A stretch of DNA of 64,000 bases from Atopobiaceae bacterium (GCA_017545665.1 JAFWKQ010000034.1:26302-90301), one strand, 5' to 3'; counted from the first letter of the stretch, positions 44,606 through 54,825 are shown. Made by a program: numbers and translations. Notes: generated by a model not told the origin, from the sequence alone.

Positions 44606-46596
44606 CGGCCTCCTCCAAACACTCTTGAGACTCTTGAGAAGATGCCTTTCTTCTGCTTGGGCTCATTTTTTCTCGGCGTCGCAGGTTCGTCGTCTCGACC
44701 TCGCTGCTGCGGAGCCTCTTGCTCCTGGTCTTGCGTTTGCGCGCTCGGCAGCGGCGCGTCAACTTCGGCTTCCCTTCTTCGCTGCCCAAAGCCAAAGCCG
44801 CCGCCCTTCTTTTTTTTCGGACGCAAAATGGCAAGCCATTCCTTTACGATGCTTTTGGTTTCCCTCGTTCCAATGTCACGCGAGCTTACATACTGCTTTG
44901 CAGATGCCACATACGATTCCTTCTGCAACAGCTTGGAATGCAGCACCGCCTCCGTTGGGTCATCGAGCATCAGCACTCGCAAGTCGTTGAACTCGTCAAA
45001 TATCTCGAAAGTGCTCCGCGAGCAGAGGTCGCCACCCACGATCAGCCATACGTCAATTGGGGTCACGTACTCTTGGTCGTGCCTCTCGCGTTCGATGCTG
45101 CAGGCACAAACGAGTTCCGCAACCTCCACTACCGTCTCTTTCGTAGCGCCAATGCCCCAGTGCCTATGCAGTTCCCCGTAGCATTGAACCAGCTCGTTGG
45201 CGTCTCCCTCATATAGCGTGCGACGCACTTCCGCCACTACGCTCAGCATGTCCGCTGACTTTGCGTTCGCAGCGATTTTGAGCCAATCCGCAAAGTAACG
45301 ATCGTCGCCCGTATAGCATTCTTTTGCATACGCGCAAAGCTTCTCTATAGCTAGCTCGCGCTCACTCATGCCTTCCGCGCCCAGAGGCTCGGCTGCGAAC
45401 GAAGACTCGTTCCTCTGGAAGAACTCGAATGTGTCGCCAAAGAAGTCCTCCTCGGAAATGGCCCCGTCCAGCTTGCGCCCAAGATAGGCAATGTCCGTAA
45501 TCATCTTGCAGCGCTGCGATTCATCGGCCATGTCCAGGTACGTCTGCAATGCATTGAAATCAAACGTGGCAATATCCACGCAATTCCAGTATGCACGCAG
45601 AGCATCCTTGCGACGGATGGGCACCATCTCGGGATTGCTCTCCCCATATAGGCGCTTCATAAGTAGCATATAGCTCTCGAAGTTCGGAACTATGGCAGAG
45701 ATGTCTTTGAGCGCATCCCCATATAGCCCATTGGCCATGTCGTCCACACGACTAACCATGCGCTCGCAATAGGGTAGCTCGCTCACGGCATCCAAGCCCT
45801 TGTTTGCAAGCTCCCAAGAGGGTTCATGCGAAGGCAAGACGATGTCTGCATAGTAACAATCCAGTATTTGGGCGCCCTTATGCGTCTGCTTGAGCCTGTT
45901 GCGATACCGCGCGCGCATCGACTTGTCCAAGCGCGCCAAACTCTGCGCCGCATCCTCAACCGGAAGCGCACTAAAGCGCTGAATGCGATACTGCTCGTCT
46001 ATGTTCTCAAGCTCGTCCAGCTTCGTAGCGGCTACTTTGTCGGCAAGATACGCCTCGCTCTCCTCCGTAAGCACCATGCTGCGACGAACGATCTCGGTCA
46101 TCAAAGCCACGATATAGGAATCCATACGCTCGGAACCCAAGGGGCGCGAACGCAAAACGTCGCTCAGCCGCTCCTCCAGCGTGGCGTCATCCAAGTCGCT
46201 CACGTCTGGCTGCACAATAAGGGTGTGGGCGATCTTGAGCACAAGAGGGTCGGATGCCGTTTGGTCACCGAGCTCCATGGCGGTTTGCTCCAGCTGCTCA
46301 AAGTATGCGTCCTCATCCAGGTCATACAAGTGAATCACGGCGTAGTCGGCAAAGCCATAGCGGTTGATCTTACGCTCAAGGCGCTTGTTGAGCACGTTGC
46401 TCTGGCCAGTCCTTGGATCAATGTAGAAGGGCTTTGACGTCGCGTTTACGCTAAATACCAACGTCTTGGTCTCGGCACCGTTGGAAGGGGCGGACGCCAC
46501 GCTCAAGCGCTTGCGAAGGAAGTACGGTATGCCCCAATAGATGCAATACAGAATGCTTCGCATATGGTCATCGGTACCATCGTATTGCACGTACAA
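44602..46596 (-). CDS. Large uncharacterised protein, distal part; in frame with 46630..47130 across a single TAG
   Basis: 664-aa ORF whose track start is a TTG only 11 sense codons after the TAG at 46630-46632. No SD precedes it, so it is most simply the continuation of the upstream ORF. Helical, with a C-terminal basic/Gly-rich tail (…KKKKGGGFGFGQRRREAE…). Confidence 0.55.
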   Translation of the reverse strand: MYVQYDGTDDHMRSILYCIYWGIPYFLRKRLSVASAPSNGAETKTLVFSVNATSKPFYIDPRTGQSNVLNKRLERKINRYGFADYAVIHLYDLDEDAYFEQLEQTAMELGDQTASDPLVLKIAHTLIVQPDVSDLDDATLEERLSDVLRSRPLGSERMDSYIVALMTEIVRRSMVLTEESEAYLADKVAATKLDELENIDEQYRIQRFSALPVEDAAQSLARLDKSMRARYRNRLKQTHKGAQILDCYYADIVLPSHEPSWELANKGLDAVSELPYCERMVSRVDDMANGLYGDALKDISAIVPNFESYMLLMKRLYGESNPEMVPIRRKDALRAYWNCVDIATFDFNALQTYLDMADESQRCKMITDIAYLGRKLDGAISEEDFFGDTFEFFQRNESSFAAEPLGAEGMSERELAIEKLCAYAKECYTGDDRYFADWLKIAANAKSADMLSVVAEVRRTLYEGDANELVQCYGELHRHWGIGATKETVVEVAELVCACSIERERHDQEYVTPIDVWLIVGGDLCSRSTFEIFDEFNDLRVLMLDDPTEAVLHSKLLQKESYVASAKQYVSSRDIGTRETKSIVKEWLAILRPKKKKGGGFGFGQRRREAEVDAPLPSAQTQDQEQEAPQQRGRDDEPATPRKNEPKQKKGIFSRVSRVFGGGR

Positions 46597-46629
46597 AGGC
46601 TTGCTAAACCCGCGTTCCGTCGTCTTCGC

Positions 46630-47130
46630 CTACACGCAACGCACGAGCGCAAGGTAGGATTCGTGACTTATGCCGGCCTTTGCCATGGCAGCATCGATGT
46701 CCAGGGGCGTCTCTCTTGCAAGTGGCGGCTTAAGCGCCTCGGCTTCTTCCTGGCTTCCCTTGAAGTTTTCGCTTGAGAGCCCAAGGAACACGTTAGGATC
46801 GGTTATGGAGCCGCTCTTCTGGAAGTCAAAGATAAGAGCATGCGAGAACATGTTCGCACGTCCAAGCCTGTCAAGCAGGCCATACTTACTTCGAATGGCA
46901 TACACGTACGCGCCGTCGCCATATAGCTCATAAAGGTCCAACACGTTGCCCTGCTCGTCGGTCATGGCACCCTGAATCGTTGAGTTGACGTTCTGCAGTT
47001 TGGTGCAAGTGCCAAGAACGTCCGACGGAATGCCAGGACTCACCGCAACAGCCTGCCAGCCAGAGCTCACCGTTCCGCCAAGGTTCACCTCAGCGTTCGT
47101 ATAGCAGCATTGAAAGTATTCGTTCGTCAT
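46630..47130 (-). CDS. Uncharacterised protein, proximal part (166 aa) ending at an in-frame TAG
   Basis: GGGGAG lies 7 nt before ATG 47130. The product MTNEYFQCCYTNAEVNLGG…SGWQAVAVSPGIP… has the same frame as 44602..46596. Confidence 0.55.
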   Translation of the reverse strand: MTNEYFQCCYTNAEVNLGGTVSSGWQAVAVSPGIPSDVLGTCTKLQNVNSTIQGAMTDEQGNVLDLYELYGDGAYVYAIRSKYGLLDRLGRANMFSHALIFDFQKSGSITDPNVFLGLSSENFKGSQEEAEALKPPLARETPLDIDAAMAKAGISHESYLALVRCV

Positions 47131-47171
47131 ATGACTACTCCCCTTTTAGGCTATCCTGCATCTTGATTGAC

Positions 47172-48725
47172 TCACTCTTCGGGCGTGTGATACCACTTGT
47201 AACCACATGCAAGGCACTCGCGGTTAACCGGCTCCTGCTTTTTGAAGATGAACGACCCCGTGGTGATGGTGGATCCCTCGGGAAGCTCGTCAGTATCCTC
47301 ACTTTGGCACATTGGGCATATCACCGGAGCTTTTCCTGGCTCAAAAAGACGCTCGTTCGTATCGATGTAGCCCAACCTGTGGAAGAGCCACAAAAGCGGT
47401 TCCTCCACGCGTCTGGGAACAATTGGACCCTCGGGATACTGCGTTTCAATCCCGTTCACGACGCCCGTGGTCACATTGCACCCAAGTGCGGTAAAGGCAA
47501 AGTACGAATACGTGCTGTAATTGTCGGCAAGGTGCTGGGCGAGCTCGATCTCGTTGCTGCCAACCCAGTCGTTGAGCTCGCGTACGATGGGATTGTATTG
47601 TTGCGCGTTGAAGATGGGCCTATATAGGCGATTTGGCGCGCGTACGCCAGAGACGTCCTCCAGGAGCATGGAGGCAAGCGTGGGGCTGAGCACGTTTTGC
47701 ACTGCCTCCGTATCGACCTTGGATATGCACACCGCGCAGGGAACATCGCAGAGCTGATCGACCGACCCCTCAATGATGCCGTGGATGGCCCCGAGTGCCT
47801 GCGAGGCGTCGAGGAGCGTCTGCCCACCCTGGACGCCCATGCTCACCGCCTCGAACTGCATGGGGTCAATTAGGAGAATCAAACCGTCGGAATGGCCAAT
47901 AAACGGTGCAAAACCCTTTACCATCTGGGCATCCTTAAACACCTCGCCGGCCACGTCGTAGAGCACGAACGTCTCGGTAACCTTTCTTCCGTCATGCGTG
48001 CCGTGAACCAGCTCATAGAACAGCGGCTGCTGCAGACGCTTGGCGGGAGTCGATCCCGGAAGCGGCTTGCCCGCCTCAATGCGATTGTTCTCCAAGAAGG
48101 TAACCGTGCTGCTGTTCTTTACGATGGCGGTCAGGCCAACCTTCGCGGTGTAGGTCTTCATGTTGCGCAAAAGCTGCGAGAGGTACACGGTTTTGCCGGC
48201 GCCGGTAATGCCAATAATGGAGGCGAACTTAACCGGGCTCTTGCCGTAGTTGTCGGGCAGCGGATTGTGGCAATGCCTGCATACGCGCCGTCCGCAACGC
48301 TCCCCCGTCTTGAGCTCGATTTGCGTAACCATGCCATCGTGGTCACGAATAAACCAGCTGCCGTCCGGTTGCTTCTTGAGGTAGTTTGTGTGATAGGCCT
48401 TGTTTGGGTCAATGACGCACCTATGGTAGGCCTTCACCCCCAAGAGGTCGTCGGCAGGGTTGTTCTCGGTTGTCCCGTCATACCTCTCCCACCAGCTGGT
48501 GTATATGGGATCCTCCCTTTCCTGGAAGAACTCCCACTCCTGGATCTTGTTTAGAATCGCGTCCTTGTCGGCACCGCGATAGCGGGCAATGAAGTCTTCC
48601 GTATCGTCGTAGTCGTCGGGTATGGGAGCATCCATGGGAGAAAGAACCCGTTCCGACCTAAAGCACACCTGATCATCATTCATCTCTTCAAAGCAATAAG
48701 GACACACAATCTTGTACATAATCAC
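47172..48725 (-). CDS. Zinc-ribbon-flanked P-loop GTPase
   Basis: The N-terminus has CPYC…, followed by CRHCHNPL. The GTPase motifs are G1 GITGAGKTVYLSQLL, G3 LYDVAGE and G4-like CISKVD. The C-terminus has CPMCQ…CLACGYKW. The start is GTG 48725 or ATG 48719. Confidence 0.75.
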   Translation of the reverse strand: MIMYKIVCPYCFEEMNDDQVCFRSERVLSPMDAPIPDDYDDTEDFIARYRGADKDAILNKIQEWEFFQEREDPIYTSWWERYDGTTENNPADDLLGVKAYHRCVIDPNKAYHTNYLKKQPDGSWFIRDHDGMVTQIELKTGERCGRRVCRHCHNPLPDNYGKSPVKFASIIGITGAGKTVYLSQLLRNMKTYTAKVGLTAIVKNSSTVTFLENNRIEAGKPLPGSTPAKRLQQPLFYELVHGTHDGRKVTETFVLYDVAGEVFKDAQMVKGFAPFIGHSDGLILLIDPMQFEAVSMGVQGGQTLLDASQALGAIHGIIEGSVDQLCDVPCAVCISKVDTEAVQNVLSPTLASMLLEDVSGVRAPNRLYRPIFNAQQYNPIVRELNDWVGSNEIELAQHLADNYSTYSYFAFTALGCNVTTGVVNGIETQYPEGPIVPRRVEEPLLWLFHRLGYIDTNERLFEPGKAPVICPMCQSEDTDELPEGSTITTGSFIFKKQEPVNRECLACGYKWYHTPEE

Positions 48726-48739
48726 CCTACTCCTATTCG

Positions 48740-49411
48740 TTACACCAGTCGGATGCCCGCATTTCGCGAAAGCACTTCGATCCTCTTGTCCGTCTTTACG
48801 TATATGCCGTCATGCCCAACCGCATAGTCAATGGCGTCCTGCGTAAGAGGCACCTCTATGTTGCCCACGCGATAGTACAAGTCACCTGTGGTGTAGCCCT
48901 CCCCGACGGAGCGAGAGAAGCTCATGCGCCAAAAGCCCGTGTCCACCGTTTGCTTGCGAAAACGCCCCTGCACGCGCGTGACCTTTTGCAACTGCACGTG
49001 TATCTCTACGGGAATGTCTTGCCACGCGCGAATCATGCCCTTTGTGCGTGACTCGAAGACTTTGTAGGTATCTCCCAGGCGCTGGAGGGCGAACACCGTA
49101 TACGTGCAGGCCTCGCCGTTAAGCGGGCAACCGCCGATCTCGGTGGCGGGCACAATGCGCGCATAGACGCCTTCCATGACTTCCGTGTAGCTACCAACTA
49201 CCGGTTCGTTTTGGTTGCAAGCGCTCACGAGGGCGGAGCTGCCCGACTCGTCGGGATCGAGCAAGCCCATTGCGGGAGTTCCAAAGGGAGTCTGGACTAC
49301 AAGCGTTTCCATTCCCGCAGGATGCTCCCACGCCAGCTTTCGCGTCCGGGAGTCCCTGTGCAGGTTCGTTGCGTAGAACACCCCGTCATAGGGCGCGTAT
49401 TCAAATCGCAT
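48740..49411 (-). CDS. Uncharacterised beta-rich 223-aa protein
   Basis: GAGGGAAGG lies upstream of ATG 49411, only 4 nt after the stop of the preceding gene. No recognisable motif. Confidence 0.55.
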   Translation of the reverse strand: MRFEYAPYDGVFYATNLHRDSRTRKLAWEHPAGMETLVVQTPFGTPAMGLLDPDESGSSALVSACNQNEPVVGSYTEVMEGVYARIVPATEIGGCPLNGEACTYTVFALQRLGDTYKVFESRTKGMIRAWQDIPVEIHVQLQKVTRVQGRFRKQTVDTGFWRMSFSRSVGEGYTTGDLYYRVGNIEVPLTQDAIDYAVGHDGIYVKTDKRIEVLSRNAGIRLV

Positions 49412-49415
49412 GCGA

Positions 49416-51299
49416 TCACCTTCCCTCGTCGGTAAGGATGTTCTGGGACAACACGTCGTGCACGTTCAAAACCTCAACCGCATTGCCGTAACCCGTGTCG
49501 TAGTAATAGGTGGAGGGCGAGAGGTCGTGCTTGAGGTTCTCGCTGAGCTTGGTTCCCTCCTTCAGCAGCACCGACTTAAGTGGCGTGGAGTTCAAGGAGA
49601 GGTTTACCTGCAAATACGTCTCCAAGTTTTCGCCGGTGAGCTTTTGTCGAATGTACTGCTGTGCGGTTTGCGCGTGGACGTCGCGACTCAGCCTGCTCTC
49701 CTGCTCGTCCTCATACGATGCCGTAAACACGGGATCGCTTTGGATGATGTCGTCAATTGCGTCAAAGAGGAACTTGCGAAGCTCGTCCAACGACGACACG
49801 TCTCTAAAGCTGCGCTTGAGCTCGAACCCATGCCTGTCCAAATAGTTGCGCACCTTTCCCTGATAGAACGCAACCAGATTGGTGTCGTGGACCTCGTGCA
49901 GCTCAAGGGTGGACCTGCACAGTTCCTTCCACACTTCCCTGAACTCGTTCGAGTATCGTGCTTGGTCGTCAATGGCATCCGCAAACAGTTCCGCAATCTC
50001 CTTGTTTGAAGACAATAGCACGCGCATCTTACGCTTGGCGTATTCGAGCACGTTGCCAGTTGCCGTCGGTTCGCTGGCATTCCTGAACATCTTGCGAATA
50101 TCGTCCGAATGAAGTGCCAGCGACACGAGCTCACCAACCTTGAACTCCTCGCTGAGCATGCGCTTGTATTCGTCAGACCACTGCTTGCGACGCATGCCAT
50201 CGGTGCGGACGCGCTCGAGTATGCCATTCACGAGCCCCTCAAGAACGGCGCTCCACGTTCCCATGGTGAGATTGTCAAGATCGTCGGCAGCATAGCCGCT
50301 AATGTCGCCAAAGTCGTCACTCGTCCAGCGGGGGAAGAGGTTTATCTGCTCCGGCGTCGGCAGCAAAGGTACCAATTGCTTTTCCACATAGTCGTCAAGC
50401 AGGGACAAGGTCCCATGGTCGTTGAAGCCCAGGCGCTGAGCCAGGCTCATGTCCTCAAAGTCGAGCACGTACGATATCTCGTCGTCGCCGCCCAAGTAGT
50501 CCACCAACGACCTCACAACAACCTGGCCAATGTCGTTTACCGGCTTCTCGTCGTGCACGTAGCTCACGGTGGCTACGCCGTCATGGAACAGCGTGTCCGC
50601 TATGTTCGTGTCGTCGTTGTTGGAGAGTGCCATCAAAGAGGCGCATATGCGATAGTGGCTGTCCCAGCCGTGCAGGAGCTTGCTCGTACTCAGGCGGTTG
50701 CTTAGAAGGAACATCCTGTATCGCTCATTGGCTCCGCCTTCGCAGTATTCGCTCATGGCATTGCGAATGCGCCTGGATTGGCGACGCCTGCGCTTGCCCT
50801 CGTCAAACAGGACGAAAAGCATCTGCATGATGTCGTTCTCGTAGATGTCCAGCTCGTCCTTTACGGCCTCGATGGTGCTTATCCATGCGTGCAAATCCTC
50901 AGCCGTTTGAATTGACGTGGCGTCGAGCACATAGTACAGGAGGTCACTGGTGTAGTCCTTAAAGTGATTGCGTGCATCGTCAAGTTCGTCAAGAACCTTT
51001 GCTACCTCATCGGTGGTCATGGGCGATTGCTGCCCATGCTCGAGCTTCACGAATTCCGGCGACTCACTAGGGCTCTTTACGCCTATGAACTTGAGCTCCT
51101 CCCTAAACTGTGGCCAAGCCAGCAGCAGGTTGCGAGAAATCGATTCATAGCCCTTCATCGATTCTTCGCCCAAAAAGAGCACGAGCATAGGGAAATAGGG
51201 CTCTTTCCCATGAACAGCACCCAACGAGTCCCTGTCTATGCTTTCGAGTCTCCTTGCGTAGTACTCGATGAGCTCCGCAGTCGTTATTTCCGCACTCAT
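49416..51299 (-). CDS. Uncharacterised 627-aa protein, possibly a degenerate (non-GTP-binding) tubulin-like paralogue
   Basis: From ATG 51299. The strand-loop segments PMLVLFLGEES, MQMLFVLFDEGKRRR and YRMFLLSNRL sit in the same order and spacing as LLIGLGGTG, VHIFSGLSGGTGSG and IFGYFFLPDV of the adjacent tubulin-like protein. The glycine signatures are lost. This resemblance is judged by eye only. Confidence 0.5.
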   Translation of the reverse strand: MSAEITTAELIEYYARRLESIDRDSLGAVHGKEPYFPMLVLFLGEESMKGYESISRNLLLAWPQFREELKFIGVKSPSESPEFVKLEHGQQSPMTTDEVAKVLDELDDARNHFKDYTSDLLYYVLDATSIQTAEDLHAWISTIEAVKDELDIYENDIMQMLFVLFDEGKRRRRQSRRIRNAMSEYCEGGANERYRMFLLSNRLSTSKLLHGWDSHYRICASLMALSNNDDTNIADTLFHDGVATVSYVHDEKPVNDIGQVVVRSLVDYLGGDDEISYVLDFEDMSLAQRLGFNDHGTLSLLDDYVEKQLVPLLPTPEQINLFPRWTSDDFGDISGYAADDLDNLTMGTWSAVLEGLVNGILERVRTDGMRRKQWSDEYKRMLSEEFKVGELVSLALHSDDIRKMFRNASEPTATGNVLEYAKRKMRVLLSSNKEIAELFADAIDDQARYSNEFREVWKELCRSTLELHEVHDTNLVAFYQGKVRNYLDRHGFELKRSFRDVSSLDELRKFLFDAIDDIIQSDPVFTASYEDEQESRLSRDVHAQTAQQYIRQKLTGENLETYLQVNLSLNSTPLKSVLLKEGTKLSENLKHDLSPSTYYYDTGYGNAVEVLNVHDVLSQNILTDEGR

Positions 51300-51387
51300 A
51301 TTAAATCTACCCGCCTTCAACGGTGGCACCGACGTTGCGCACATCATCGATGCCACCAGTCTTTGTTTCGGCTACCCCTCTTGGCAC

Positions 51388-54300
51388 CTAGATTCCGTTT
51401 TCCATGCAGAACAGTCTGAACTTGTCGTTAAACGTACCCACGAACTCCAATATCTCGGCACTCTCGGGGAAGGTGTTGGCAATCTGCGCCCAAGCGTTAA
51501 TACGGTTTTCGTCGATATTGCCCTTCAACGTGGTTCCCGTTTCGATTATCTGGGGCGAGTCCGCATTGTACAGATCCTCAACCTTCTTCTTTATGGCAGC
51601 CTTGTCGGCGGGATCGAGCTCCTTGTAGTTGAGGAAAGCCTGGTAGATGGGAATCCTGCCATAGGGGAACTCCGGGCCGAACTTCGAGAGCGTGATGTCG
51701 GTAGTAATGCCATGCTCAATGCGATGGTAGATTACCAAACGTCCTCCATAGGAAATGACGCCTGTGAAGAGTGCCTCGCAGAAGTCGGCCGCGTCCTGGT
51801 TTCCAACGCCCACGGCTTGGATGCGATCCTCGAGCGCCTTCTTCGCGGCGGCTGCTGCGTTGCGCACCTCGTCAATCTGATCGAGTATCTGGCTAACCAG
51901 AATCTGATAGGCCGGGGCATATACGAAGTGGTCCACGAACATGCGACGCTTGACCTCTGGATCGGTTGGTCCGTCGTCCATGAAGCTCGAGCCGCTGTAC
52001 TCCATTTGCAGATTGGACGCGGCATCAAGCGCAGACAGCGCCTGTTGGGCGTCGGCAATTTGATTGGGACGCTGTAGCTGCCCAACAAGCTGCTCGCACG
52101 TTGCGACGGCATTCCTCAACGCTTCGAGCGACTCGTCCGTCGGCTTGAGGATCCTGCGCGTGGAGTCAAACAATCCGGCGGCTTCCGCCCGATCAAAGAG
52201 CTCGCGGGCTGCCATTACGTTTTCCCGCACTTGGTGCGGAACCATGTCAAGACGCACCAAGCTCTGCGGAGTCAGCGGCGGAAGCTTGCGCCAATCGTCA
52301 AACACCATGCCCGGTATTGGCTTGCCCTCATAGAAATGTGTGCCGGGAACGGGCGTCACCTCAAAGTAGGAGTTCTCGTACTCATTGCAGTTGTTGTAGG
52401 CCGAAAGAGGCAACGCCGCAGAGCACGACATTACGTAGATGCGATCCGTAAGCGCACTCACCTTGATCTTGTAGTCCTCATCCACCGCATTGAGCCTCTC
52501 GGCTGCCTTGCGGACGGGCTCAGACGTATCTGGGACAGAGAGGAACGCCATGGTAGAGGCCTGATCCTCGCTCCACACGGTGCCGTTGAAGTGGAACAGG
52601 GGACGAGCGCGTTCCTTGAGCTTTACCATCCAGTCGCTGTACACGCGATTGGTAAGCTCCTCGTTGTTGTCCGTGTCATACTTGTCCTTGAGGAACGAGG
52701 TGATGGAGCGGCTGGCAAACTCGCCAAACGCCGTCTCGACGAAGAACTTCGTCACGGCCCTGCAGATTCTGTTCTCGTCCTCTTGCAGCCACTCCGCATC
52801 GTCTGCGAGAAGTGCACCCATAAGCGCACTGAACATGCCGGGCACGCTCACGTTCGCAATCTGAGTGTCCATGGAGGCCTTGAGCTCGTCGATGCTCATG
52901 AGCGGCATTGCGAACGCATCCTCAACCGTCGCCTGTCGCTCCGACGCAAGTACGTCCGCGTTCTCCTTAAACGTATCGATGAGGTTCGACGTCACGCGTG
53001 CAAGGCGTGCGTAGTACCGAGCGTCCACATCCTCGATCTGCGACTTAAGAACACGCAGGGTCTTGTCCATCATGGCATAGCAATCCAAGGCGAGCAGGTG
53101 GATCTCCCAGGCATTGAACTCTTTCTTGTAGTCCTCGAACCGCTTCCGGTCGTTATCCATAAACCCGCGCTTTATGCGGCTGTGGAAGGTGTTCTTCGCG
53201 TTTTCGTAGTTCTGGCGGAAGACGTCGTCGTTGTAGTTCTCCGTATCCCAGCTGCGCTGGTTCTCGGTTATGAGTCCGTCTACGATATTAAGCATGTTGT
53301 GGCTCATGGCCGCAGAGAGCATACCGTGCGCAAAGATGGGCCCAAGCTCGACGTTTCGAATGATATCCACCATCGCATTGCGAATGCGGTTTATGAGCGA
53401 GTTCTCGTTGTCCTCACTCTGCATGCTGAGGGCGTTCTTCTCGGCAATGCCCTTCTTGTTTGCGGCGAGTCCGGCATAGTGCCTCACCATGCCTGCGCTG
53501 CCATCGCTGAGTGCGAGCTTGAAGTCGTCGCCCCAGTCTTCGAACATGAAGTCAAACCCCTGCTGCATCTCGGTCGTAAGACGGTTGTACAGCTGAGATA
53601 TGTCTCCTTCCCTGCTGTTGCCAAGGGAGGCCATGGCAAACACCTCGATGTCCCTCTTCGTGGGAAGGTTTTTGCCAACACCGCTAAACTTCCCAAACAG
53701 TTCCGAGGCAAGATAGGTGTTAACCTCGCGCAAGGGCAGACTCGCGCAGGCGGCTCCGATGACGCAGTAATTGAGATTGACACCGTAGCGCTTGGTGCCA
53801 TCGCCCATGTTTACGCAGTTCGTGAAATTGGAGAGCTGCGACTCCATGGTAAAGCCCTCGCTCTTGGTGAGGAAGTCCATAACGTACTCCGCCGTAACGT
53901 TCATGGCGTATTCGTACGCCTTGGGCACGACGTTGTTGTTCGTATCGGTGGCGCACACCAGGTGGCAAAGGTCGACGGGCATCGTATCCCACTCGATCTG
54001 GGTGCCCTGGTAGTTCTGGACGAACGCACCGCCGTTCTCCTTAAGCTGCATGCAGTAGTCGAGCTCCTGCATGGCAGCATAGCCGTTGCGGGGGATGTAT
54101 GCGCGAACCTTACCGTTTGAGTACGGGATGCGAGAGAGGTTTACGTCAGGTAAGAAAAAGTAGCCAAAAATGGTTACGTTCCCTACCTTCTGCGCAATGT
54201 GGCGGACTATGTAGCACACATCCAGGAAGGTGCCCGAACCCGTGCCACCGCTCAGGCCACTGAAGATGTGCACGTAAACCGTGGGGTTGGTGAGCCCGCT

Positions 54301-54825
54301 CTTGGCAGCATTGATCTCCTGCTCGATCCTGTTTGCAAACCGGTTGGACTTTGTCATGAGCATGTAGCGACCAACCTGGCGAATGCCGCCAGCGCCAGCC
54401 ACGGTGAGGTCGCCCGCCTTGATGTCCTCATAGCGCAGCCAGTTGAGCTCCCTGAGGTCGGCCAGGGCGAGCTTGTTGGAAAGGTCCCTCTTAACGTGAC
54501 CGTTGGCAATGGAGAAGTACTCGGTGTCGCTCAGCGCGAGGAGCGAGTCGGCACGCCCCTCCTCTTCGGATCCGGAGATGCCACGGCTCTTCTGGTCGGT
54601 GTCTACGCCAAGAAAGCGGATGTGGTCGTATGTGGGAACAATGGCATCCGGGTCGTCGGGCTTCAGGCGAGAGTGAACCTGCGTCTTAATGGTTCGAAGA
54701 CAATCGACGCCCGTACCGCCCAAACCGATGAGCAGATTGGCCGCATTGGGCTCCTGATCGGCCTGCTGCTGCAAGGAGACTATTCCTCCACCCGCGCTCA
54801 GCAAAAGCTTTGAGTAAACTGCCAT
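51388..54825 (-). CDS. Giant tubulin/FtsZ-superfamily protein (FtsZl-1 / Pfam 'Tubulin like' type)
   Basis: 1145 aa. The N-terminal GTPase domain has LLIGLGGTGVD (T1-like), GAGGIRQVGR and the tubulin signature SGLSGGTGSGTFLD. About 800 aa of helical extension follows. GAGGAAGG lies upstream of ATG 54825. Confidence 0.8.
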   Translation of the reverse strand: MAVYSKLLLSAGGGIVSLQQQADQEPNAANLLIGLGGTGVDCLRTIKTQVHSRLKPDDPDAIVPTYDHIRFLGVDTDQKSRGISGSEEEGRADSLLALSDTEYFSIANGHVKRDLSNKLALADLRELNWLRYEDIKAGDLTVAGAGGIRQVGRYMLMTKSNRFANRIEQEINAAKSGLTNPTVYVHIFSGLSGGTGSGTFLDVCYIVRHIAQKVGNVTIFGYFFLPDVNLSRIPYSNGKVRAYIPRNGYAAMQELDYCMQLKENGGAFVQNYQGTQIEWDTMPVDLCHLVCATDTNNNVVPKAYEYAMNVTAEYVMDFLTKSEGFTMESQLSNFTNCVNMGDGTKRYGVNLNYCVIGAACASLPLREVNTYLASELFGKFSGVGKNLPTKRDIEVFAMASLGNSREGDISQLYNRLTTEMQQGFDFMFEDWGDDFKLALSDGSAGMVRHYAGLAANKKGIAEKNALSMQSEDNENSLINRIRNAMVDIIRNVELGPIFAHGMLSAAMSHNMLNIVDGLITENQRSWDTENYNDDVFRQNYENAKNTFHSRIKRGFMDNDRKRFEDYKKEFNAWEIHLLALDCYAMMDKTLRVLKSQIEDVDARYYARLARVTSNLIDTFKENADVLASERQATVEDAFAMPLMSIDELKASMDTQIANVSVPGMFSALMGALLADDAEWLQEDENRICRAVTKFFVETAFGEFASRSITSFLKDKYDTDNNEELTNRVYSDWMVKLKERARPLFHFNGTVWSEDQASTMAFLSVPDTSEPVRKAAERLNAVDEDYKIKVSALTDRIYVMSCSAALPLSAYNNCNEYENSYFEVTPVPGTHFYEGKPIPGMVFDDWRKLPPLTPQSLVRLDMVPHQVRENVMAARELFDRAEAAGLFDSTRRILKPTDESLEALRNAVATCEQLVGQLQRPNQIADAQQALSALDAASNLQMEYSGSSFMDDGPTDPEVKRRMFVDHFVYAPAYQILVSQILDQIDEVRNAAAAAKKALEDRIQAVGVGNQDAADFCEALFTGVISYGGRLVIYHRIEHGITTDITLSKFGPEFPYGRIPIYQAFLNYKELDPADKAAIKKKVEDLYNADSPQIIETGTTLKGNIDENRINAWAQIANTFPESAEILEFVGTFNDKFRLFCMENGI

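Noticed and set aside
43739-45181. Plus-strand ORF of 480 aa, with similar antisense ORFs at 52231..54120 (629 aa), 45826..46437, 50109..50705, 51268..52077 and 54199..54813
   Set aside because: All lie opposite well-supported minus-strand operon genes. They have low-complexity V/L/R/H-rich translations and no RBS, which is typical of GC-rich antisense open frames.
46630-46632. Programmed recoding of the in-frame TAG (for example pyrrolysine or a suppressor)
   Set aside because: No pyl genes or recoding signals are visible in the window, and other genes here use TAG as an ordinary stop (for example dpnA at 11000-11002). A mutation or sequencing error is the simpler explanation. It is kept only as something to check.
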